A stretch of 29,595 bases of DNA from a virus. The position numbers and the translations under genes are program-made. Each line of letters starts with the position of its first letter. Within the stretch, counting starts at the first letter, position 1. Shown here piece after piece: positions 16,625-23,042 of the stretch. The notes below the pieces were generated by a model. It did not search any database and was not told where the DNA came from. It saw only the letters and a program-made list of their open reading frames with translations. The DNA is taken from the IMG/VR virus record IMGVR_UViG_2935656913_000002. The stretch is one strand, 5' to 3'.

Positions 16625-17467
16625 TTAGGCCGCAGCCGCTTCCTGCGCAGCCTGATTTTCGAGGATTTTCTTGACCGCGATCTTCTTCGCGACCTTCTCC
16701 GGGCCGGGCGGGTACTTGCCCATTTCCCACGCTTCGAAGACTGCCTTCAGTTCCTCGGTGGTGGCCTTGTTCAGGTCCTCCTCGGCGTACCGTTCGGGCG
16801 CCTGCTCCTCTTCCCCGGCCGGGGCTTCCGCATCGCCTTCGCCGGCCTCGAACAGCACCGACTTCAGCGTCTCGCGGAGGTCGGCAATGTCGGCATAGTC
16901 ACCGGCATTAACGCCGAGATCGGCATTGGCTTCGCAAAGGGCAGTCAGTTCCTCCAGCGAGGCGCCGTCGATGTACTCCTCCGTCACGCCGCCGTCTTCG
17001 CCAGCTTCCTCGGGAGCGGGCTGTTCGACCGTCTCGTCAGCGGGAGCCACAAAGTCTTCGCCGCCGACCGTCTCGCCTGCCGGGGGCACGAACTCGGCCA
17101 TCGCGACTTCCAGCGTCGCCTTGACCTTGTCCATGATCTGAAGCGTGGCGTTGTCGTATTCCTCGGCATAGCACGGCATGGAGCCAAAGGCTTCGAACTT
17201 GACCATCTCCATGTTGCCGAGATTGCGGTTGAAGCCCAGCTTGAAGCCGGTCGTGGCGTGCGCGGTCAGGAACTTGTGAACCTCGCGCTCCTCGCTGACG
17301 ATGGGCTCGCCGCGAATGGTGCCGCCTTCGAGGATCGTGGTGGTGACCGTGATCACGCTCTCGGCGCTCTTGGTCTCGGTGCCCGCGACGACCTTGAGGT
17401 TCGTCTTGGGGGCTGCAACAACTGGCTTGGTGGCGGGAGTAGCAGCAGTACGCTTGGCAATAGCCAT
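16625..17467 (-). CDS. acidic protein with two short HeH/SAP-like helical repeats
   Basis: IDGASLEELTALCE and LNKATTEELKAVFE repeats separated by Glu-rich linkers; AAGGA RBS; GC3 bias. Confidence 0.7.
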   Translation of the reverse strand: MAIAKRTAATPATKPVVAAPKTNLKVVAGTETKSAESVITVTTTILEGGTIRGEPIVSEEREVHKFLTAHATTGFKLGFNRNLGNMEMVKFEAFGSMPCYAEEYDNATLQIMDKVKATLEVAMAEFVPPAGETVGGEDFVAPADETVEQPAPEEAGEDGGVTEEYIDGASLEELTALCEANADLGVNAGDYADIADLRETLKSVLFEAGEGDAEAPAGEEEQAPERYAEEDLNKATTEELKAVFEAWEMGKYPPGPEKVAKKIAVKKILENQAAQEAAAA

Positions 17468-17479
17468 AGGTGGTTGTCC

Positions 17480-17983
17480 TTACTTGATCCCGAGCGTTTT
17501 TCGGATTGCAATGAAGCGTTGCTCGATCCGCTCCCTTACGATGGTGTGGTCCTTACGCAGATACGAAACTTCCTTCTGGTGTCCCCCTATTTCCTCGATA
17601 AGAACCCGGACTTCCTCAACTGAATACATGAGGTAAACGCGGGCTGTGACTGAGCGTAAGACAGGCTTCGGTACCGTGCCATGATCGACCCAGCGCCAGA
17701 AAGTCTGATAGAGAAGTTGGAGCATTTGCGCCGTCTTCGGCACGCTGAGCGCAAGCAGTTCGGCTTTCTTTCCGCTTGGCAGCAGTACTGTTGTCGGCGT
17801 TTTAATTCTATCCAAAAACGGCAGTGAGTAAAGGCAGGATTTCAGTTCAACTTTCGCCTTGCGTCGGTAGGTCCGACGTGAAAGCCGCTTGGACTTCTCG
17901 CGGTATTCCACGTCGGTGGCGTACTTCACCTTGCGCGGCTGAACCTTGACCGGGATGCTCCGAGTAAACCTCTGGATAGGCAT
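17480..17983 (-). CDS. MerR/excisionase-like HTH DNA-binding protein
   Basis: LSVPKTAQMLQLLYQTFWRWVDHGTVPKP...YSVEEV. Confidence 0.65.
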   Translation of the reverse strand: MPIQRFTRSIPVKVQPRKVKYATDVEYREKSKRLSRRTYRRKAKVELKSCLYSLPFLDRIKTPTTVLLPSGKKAELLALSVPKTAQMLQLLYQTFWRWVDHGTVPKPVLRSVTARVYLMYSVEEVRVLIEEIGGHQKEVSYLRKDHTIVRERIEQRFIAIRKTLGIK

Positions 17984-17991
17984 GTCTTACC

Positions 17992-19488
17992 TTAAAAGCT
18001 GTCTGCCGAGATATTTTGGACGGTGCCTCTTTGGTCCGCGAATGACCCCTCACGCGCTTTAGCCATGTCGAGCAATGGCTGGTACAGCGTCGGATTGTCA
18101 GGGGCAAAAAGGCTCGCCGTCTGGGCAAGCTCTGGGTATACCATAATTTCGTCTTTGATTGAATACCATTCGGGCGTCGGCTTACCTGCCAGAATGCGCA
18201 ATACACGACCGAGACCTTGTCTTACGTTCGAACGCGGCGTGAGTTCGACCCCCATATCGAGGCGATCAATATCCGCACCGGTCGCAAACTGCCCCCAAGT
18301 CGTCGCGATGATTTTGCAGGTCCCTGCAACGCGGTCCTTTTCCGCTTGCTTCATCTTGATCTTTTTGCCGGTCCTGTGGTCCTTGTACTGGCCACAAAGC
18401 AAGCCGATGTCTTCCTCGGCAACTCCGTAATCCCGCACCAGCAGATGAATGAGGACTTGGAGTTGGTCCGTCCGGTCAGACAGTCCGACCGAATTCATGC
18501 CCCGCTGGTATCCGTCCGCGATGATCCGGCATAACAGATCGTTGCGGTCCTTGAACCGCGCCAGCAGCGAAGTCATGTAGTTTTCGCTGGGGTAAGACAT
18601 GGTCCGGGGAAGCGTCTTCCGGTAAGGCACCACGAAAACCGTGGGCCGCTCGACTTCCTGCTTTGAGACCGCGCGTGGCTTACCCAGATGTAGTGTACAG
18701 ACCTTCAGTAACGCATCGCGTCTGTTAGTAGCTGTAAGACCAATGCGTACTGATGCGGGGTATCGAGCGAGGATGCGCCCCATGCTTGGGGTTCCGATGC
18801 TGTGCCATTCATCGAAGATGATGGCGCTGAAGTACTGTCGGAGGGCTCGCGGGTAGTCGCGACGGGCAAGTGAAGCCGCAACACCGAGCACGATAAGTCT
18901 GCCATCGTAGTCCATCTTGTTCTGTTGGATGTGACCGACGTATTGCTCGAACCACGCATCGCCCATCATGCCGCGAATTCGACTGCGCCACTGGTTGAGC
19001 AGATAGGTGGTCGGGACCGTGATGAGCGTCGGAGCCTGTATAGCGTTCTCGATCACGTACAGAGCGGTGATGGTCTTGCCTGTGCCGGTGCGCGCGTTGG
19101 CGACGATGTCTACCGGCTTGGGGCTGCGAACGAGCACACAAAGTTCATTCATGAAATCCTGTTGCGCCTTATCGCGCGGCCTGATCTTTCGCACGAACAA
19201 TTCCGGTCGGGGCCGCTTGAACGTCGTCAGGTTGATGAACTTGCTGATACCAAGCTTCTCGATGCCGTAGGTACGTGGGACACCGATATACCCGCGCTTG
19301 CTCAGATCGTAGCAGAGGATTTCCTCGTTGGCCGCGTCAACAACGGTTTCTTCCTCTACATCGCCCTCAAGATTGACCTCGTCTTGAGTGACGATGCGAA
19401 TGCGCAGCTTGTCCATGACAGCTTGCGCATCCACTGATCGCAGGGGCACGTAGAGCAACGCTTCAACGAACGGCTTTAGTGCCAGCAT
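17992..19488 (-). CDS. superfamily 2 DExH helicase (UvsW/Rad25-like)
   Basis: ARTGTGKT, FDEWH, LTAT, GADIDRLD, QGLGRVLR. Confidence 0.9.
   Translation of the reverse strand: MLALKPFVEALLYVPLRSVDAQAVMDKLRIRIVTQDEVNLEGDVEEETVVDAANEEILCYDLSKRGYIGVPRTYGIEKLGISKFINLTTFKRPRPELFVRKIRPRDKAQQDFMNELCVLVRSPKPVDIVANARTGTGKTITALYVIENAIQAPTLITVPTTYLLNQWRSRIRGMMGDAWFEQYVGHIQQNKMDYDGRLIVLGVAASLARRDYPRALRQYFSAIIFDEWHSIGTPSMGRILARYPASVRIGLTATNRRDALLKVCTLHLGKPRAVSKQEVERPTVFVVPYRKTLPRTMSYPSENYMTSLLARFKDRNDLLCRIIADGYQRGMNSVGLSDRTDQLQVLIHLLVRDYGVAEEDIGLLCGQYKDHRTGKKIKMKQAEKDRVAGTCKIIATTWGQFATGADIDRLDMGVELTPRSNVRQGLGRVLRILAGKPTPEWYSIKDEIMVYPELAQTASLFAPDNPTLYQPLLDMAKAREGSFADQRGTVQNISADSF
18315..18328. repeat. palindrome TGCAGGTCCCTGCA, in helicase CDS (AGTCK)
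   Basis: exact match. Confidence 0.9.
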
Positions 19489-19499
19489 CGGAGTAATCC

Positions 19500-20309
19500 T
19501 TAGAACGGCAGATCGTCGTTCATAACTCCACCGGCGCCGCTCGCGAAGTCTTCCGAACCAACCGTGCCGGAAGTGCTGCCGTCGATGTTGTAGATCAGCC
19601 CCATCTTCTCGGGCGAGAGACGCGGATAGACCTTCGCCATATCGAACGGCTCAGAAAGCTCGCCGTATTTCTTCAGGGTCGGTTCGTCCAACATGCGAAC
19701 GAATTCGACTTGCGAGCCGGTCGCCGGGGACTTCTTGTTGTCCCGGTGCAGCTTGATCACCATGCCGCGGAACGTCTTGTGCGTCTGGTAGAGACGTTCG
19801 AACGCCGGGATCATGGAAATCTTGACCGGATACGGACGCTTGGAGCGTGGGGTGGTCTGGCCCGCCTTCGGTCCCCTCTGGGGAGTGTACGGCCGAGGAT
19901 CGATGCACGAGAGCATCATCTCGTAGCCGCCCTTCTTGCTGAGATGGCGACACAGCGGGCAACCTTCCGGCCCGTCCGTGATGCAAACCTCGGTCTGCAC
20001 GTTGTTCTCTTCGAAACCCCACCGATGCATATAGGCGAAGTGCGGCATGGCCGGGAGCCGGGGCCGGTCGGTCAGGATGATAGTAACGCCGTTCATGCCG
20101 CCCTCGCCGGGCTTCATAGAGAATTCGAACGGTCGATTGGCGCGACGCTCGCGCTCCTCGTTCAGTGCATGGGCAACGCCGAAGCCGCCGCCAATGGTCT
20201 GGGGAGCCGGGCCGGTTCGTGCCGGGGCGCGTGTTGCAGGTGCCTGCAACGGACGGGCAGCGGGGCGAAGTGGCGCGATAAGTTTACGAGCGGGAAGCTT
20301 CAAAGCCAT
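19500..20309 (-). CDS. single-stranded DNA-binding protein (gp32-like, Zn-binding)
   Basis: H...C...CPLC; acidic C-terminal DDLPF tip; position between primase and helicase. Confidence 0.7.
   Translation of the reverse strand: MALKLPARKLIAPLRPAARPLQAPATRAPARTGPAPQTIGGGFGVAHALNEERERRANRPFEFSMKPGEGGMNGVTIILTDRPRLPAMPHFAYMHRWGFEENNVQTEVCITDGPEGCPLCRHLSKKGGYEMMLSCIDPRPYTPQRGPKAGQTTPRSKRPYPVKISMIPAFERLYQTHKTFRGMVIKLHRDNKKSPATGSQVEFVRMLDEPTLKKYGELSEPFDMAKVYPRLSPEKMGLIYNIDGSTSGTVGSEDFASGAGGVMNDDLPF
20235..20248. repeat. palindrome TGCAGGTGCCTGCA, in SSB N-terminal tail (LQAPA)
   Basis: exact match. Confidence 0.9.
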
Positions 20310-20379
20310 AATGATTAGTCCTGCGGGTTGGAGGTTTTGCGGGTGCAGCGGTTTTGCGTGTCCTTTTCGAGGACCCTGT

Positions 20380-20409
20380 AGTTTACGGACGCAGGAGTCT
20401 TTGGGTCAA
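20380..20409 (-). promoter_or_regulatory. sigma70-like promoter TTGACC-N18-TAAACT
   Basis: upstream of SSB; same -10 (CGTAAACT) as the promoter at 22809. Confidence 0.5.
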
Positions 20410-21473
20410 GCGCGACGGGTAATTAATTTCGCGTCTTCCAACATTGCATAATAGACGCGCGGCGGGATCGATGCCGGGTCTGCGCCTTCATATCCATCGG
20501 GGTATTCGATGCCGAGCAACGGAATATGGCCGAACAAATAATGGATGGCTTTTTCTGTGGCGGCGTGCCCGGGGCCATCATTGTCGAGAAAGAGAACAGT
20601 CGGCCGCCCCCACCTTTTCAACTTCTGTATCTTGGTAGGAGTTAACTCTGAGCCGAGGATTGCGAGAGGAGACGGTGCGCCCAACTCACAAGCGTACGCA
20701 TAGTCAAAGATACCTTCATGGAGTACGACGCGACCCGTGTCTCTCCGTGGAACGAGTACCCCCCGCGAGTTACTTCTATATCCGGAACCAAGTCCCATTT
20801 CACCGAGGAAAAACTCGGATTTTCTAAGCCCAAAGTAATCTCGCACAGGCAGGAATTCGCTCCCGTCCTTTTCAAACTTTCCATCTTCGTTTGAGTAGGC
20901 AGGCCCTTCGACCTTACGACCGGTAAAACCAGCAAACCGTCCGGCGTCATTGTACACAGGAAAGAGGACACGCCGCTGGAAAGGATCGTATCTAACTCCG
21001 AGTCGTGCCGCAGTTCCAACCCCGATGTTGCGTCCTCGTAAATACGGGTGCCAAGCGCCGGAATAGAATTCAAATTCGGTATGAGCTTGTGGCCAGACAA
21101 TCGGAGCTTTCGCGGTACCTGCATCCCATTCTTCCTTGATTTCATCGTCCCATTTGGGAAGGTAAAGCTTAGGCCCGAGTAGTTCCTGCTTTTCGATCTC
21201 TTTGCCGATAGCCGTGTAATCGAGACCGCGCAGATGACCAAGCTCATAGGCGAGTTGCGCTAGTGTACCGTGCGACTTACACGACCAGCACCGATAGACG
21301 CTGTGCTTGTTCTCAGGAACACTGACGTTGAAGTGGTCCGGCTTTGTCTTGCCGTGATCGTGCCGCCATTTGGCGAAGGGGCACCGATAGTGCACCCACG
21401 TGGCTGTACTGGTGCGATTAGGTGCGCCTAAACCGAGTACAGCCGCGAATTCGAGAACGCCCTGCCGTTGCAT
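20406..21473 (-). CDS. DNA primase (DnaG-type: Zn domain + TOPRIM)
   Basis: CPF...H...CWSC; RVLFP...GFTGR; HEGIFD; FLDNDGPG; DP. Confidence 0.88.
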   Translation of the reverse strand: MQRQGVLEFAAVLGLGAPNRTSTATWVHYRCPFAKWRHDHGKTKPDHFNVSVPENKHSVYRCWSCKSHGTLAQLAYELGHLRGLDYTAIGKEIEKQELLGPKLYLPKWDDEIKEEWDAGTAKAPIVWPQAHTEFEFYSGAWHPYLRGRNIGVGTAARLGVRYDPFQRRVLFPVYNDAGRFAGFTGRKVEGPAYSNEDGKFEKDGSEFLPVRDYFGLRKSEFFLGEMGLGSGYRSNSRGVLVPRRDTGRVVLHEGIFDYAYACELGAPSPLAILGSELTPTKIQKLKRWGRPTVLFLDNDGPGHAATEKAIHYLFGHIPLLGIEYPDGYEGADPASIPPRVYYAMLEDAKLITRRA

Positions 21474-21565
21474 TAGCGACGCACACCCAGCACATTTGCG
21501 TAGGCTCCCTTACGGGCACATTGGCTTGGGATAGGAGTAATTCCACTCACGGTGCGTCTTGTATG

Positions 21566-22039
21566 TCAGCTATGTGCGTTCTTGAGTTCGTCGGGCAGCT
21601 TGTGGCGGTAGCCCTTCCGGATCACACAGAAGTTGCTGCGAACGCCATAGATACCTGTGTGGCCGTACCTGTCTCGCAGGCACATCGCGAATACCGCCTT
21701 GAGATAGGTCAGCTTGGTTTCGATCTTGAAGTGCTCCTCGGCTTCCTCGTTATTTGGGAAGAGGATGCTATCGTCGAGGTTCTGGTTGATGTTCATCGGC
21801 TTGTCCGACTTCCGGACGCTGGCCGCGACCATCTCGTAGGCCCGCGCTTGCAATTCCTTGCTGCTCTCTTGCAGTTCGTTGTCGAGCGTGACCATCTCGG
21901 TATAGATGGTTCGCTCGTCGTCGGTGAGGTAGCCGATCATGGTCTCGCCGGGTGCAACCGGCGAAAGTTCGATGGCTTCCTGTTGGTCGCGCAGGAGCTT
22001 CTTCTGCTTAAGCTCCTCGATAGTGACCACGTTTTCCAT
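21566..22039 (-). CDS. hypothetical coiled-coil protein (157 aa)
   Basis: GGAG RBS; ORF track. Confidence 0.7.
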   Translation of the reverse strand: MENVVTIEELKQKKLLRDQQEAIELSPVAPGETMIGYLTDDERTIYTEMVTLDNELQESSKELQARAYEMVAASVRKSDKPMNINQNLDDSILFPNNEEAEEHFKIETKLTYLKAVFAMCLRDRYGHTGIYGVRSNFCVIRKGYRHKLPDELKNAHS

Positions 22040-22060
22040 AGCTCGCTCCGTTTACGTGTT

Positions 22061-22618
22061 TTACCCCGCCCGCCTCACGGGAACCTTGATAACCCGCTTT
22101 GCAGTCGGGGCTTTTGCAGGTACCTGCAAAATTCCGAGACGCGGCTTGATGCCGCCAGTTGGTTTGACCATTGCGGGGAGAACGATCTCGACCCCGACCT
22201 TCGATCCGGAATTGGCGTCGTCATAACGGATGTCGGCATTCGTGCCGGAAACCATGCTGCTGATCGTGGCAACCTGATCCTCACCGATGGCGAGCTTGGC
22301 ATCCTCCTTGCCGACGCGCAGTGCGTCGAAATACTGAGTTTCCGTGATCTCTTTGGACTGCCAAAGCTGGTACCACTTCCGGGGGTCGATCCGTTCGGAC
22401 TCGGAGACCGCCCACATGAACTCGGAGCCGTCGATGACGATCTTGGTTTTTGCCGGGTAGGCTTCCGTGGTGACAAACTCTTTGAAGAGTTTCTTTGTTG
22501 CGGTGTTCGTCCGATTGAACGCATTCGTGGCGACCCGCGCCTCATCCTTGGCCGCGATCCAATCGCGCAGTTGCTTCGTGAGTGCCGTGAATTGTTTTAC
22601 GTTCTTGACCGCCGACAT
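22061..22618 (-). CDS. hypothetical protein (185 aa, MSAVKNVK...)
   Basis: GGAG RBS before the ATG at 22618; the upstream part of ORF 22061..22780 crosses a terminator. Confidence 0.7.
   Translation of the reverse strand: MSAVKNVKQFTALTKQLRDWIAAKDEARVATNAFNRTNTATKKLFKEFVTTEAYPAKTKIVIDGSEFMWAVSESERIDPRKWYQLWQSKEITETQYFDALRVGKEDAKLAIGEDQVATISSMVSGTNADIRYDDANSGSKVGVEIVLPAMVKPTGGIKPRLGILQVPAKAPTAKRVIKVPVRRAG
22115..22128. repeat. palindrome TGCAGGTACCTGCA, in C-terminal tail (LQVPA)
   Basis: exact match. Confidence 0.9.
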
Positions 22619-22640
22619 GGCATCGTCTCCGGGTTTTTTA

Positions 22641-22669
22641 ATGGTAGCAGATCGCAGTTTGTTCGTCCA
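22641..22669 (-). promoter_or_regulatory. sigma70-like promoter TGGACG-N17-TACCAT (extended -10 TG)
   Basis: lies directly after the terminator and before the RBS of 22061..22618. Confidence 0.5.
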
Positions 22670-22671
22670 CG

Positions 22672-22704
22672 TAAAAAGCCCCGCCACGGTGGGGTGACGG
22701 GGCT
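22672..22704 (-). terminator. Rho-independent terminator
   Basis: minus strand AGCCCCGTCAC-cccacc-GTGGCGGGGCT followed by TTTT. Confidence 0.8.
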
Positions 22705-22802
22705 CCGGACTTGGGGTCCGTGTGGGTGGGGTCTTAGCGCATCTCAAACCTCCCCCGGGGCTCCCGGTACCGTTGCGCAAGCTGTGAACGACGTTGTACG
22801 CA
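22672..22802 (-). ncRNA. putative ~130-nt structured small RNA containing an SD-ATG-CGC-TAA minigene
   Basis: own promoter (22809-22837) and terminator (22672-22704); consecutive hairpins; no credible long ORF. Confidence 0.45.
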
Positions 22803-22808
22803 GAGAGA

Positions 22809-22837
22809 AGTTTACGCCCGGCTCAGTGTTGTCGCAA
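22809..22837 (-). promoter_or_regulatory. sigma70-like promoter TTGCGA-N17-TAAACT
   Basis: 17-bp spacer; begins just after the stop of 22839..23042. Confidence 0.55.
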
Positions 22838-22838
22838 G

Positions 22839-23042
22839 CTAGTTATCTTCGTCTTCGTTGATCGTAACGTCGAACTTGCCCCAGTCGATCTGCATCTCTG
22901 AAGGCGCTTTGACGTTCTTGAAGTGGCCGTTCTGCGTCGAGACCTGAGCGCCGCGTGACTTCAAGTAATTGTAGATGAGCAAAGCCAGTGTGGTTTTGCC
23001 GATGCGTCTGTCCCCGCTGATCGTGAGCTTTATTTTTGCCAT
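22839..23042 (-). CDS. 67-aa mini P-loop protein
   Basis: ISGDRRIGKTTLA Walker A-like motif; AAGG RBS. Confidence 0.6.
   Translation of the reverse strand: MAKIKLTISGDRRIGKTTLALLIYNYLKSRGAQVSTQNGHFKNVKAPSEMQIDWGKFDVTINEDEDN

Noticed and set aside
21110-21123. TCGCGGTACCTGCA, and other half-sites near 8727, 9224 and 28055
   Set aside because: Three or more mismatches in one arm; not counted as motif copies.
22619-22780. N-terminal extension of ORF 22061..22780
   Set aside because: Crosses a strong terminator and a predicted promoter; a GGAG RBS supports the ATG at 22618.
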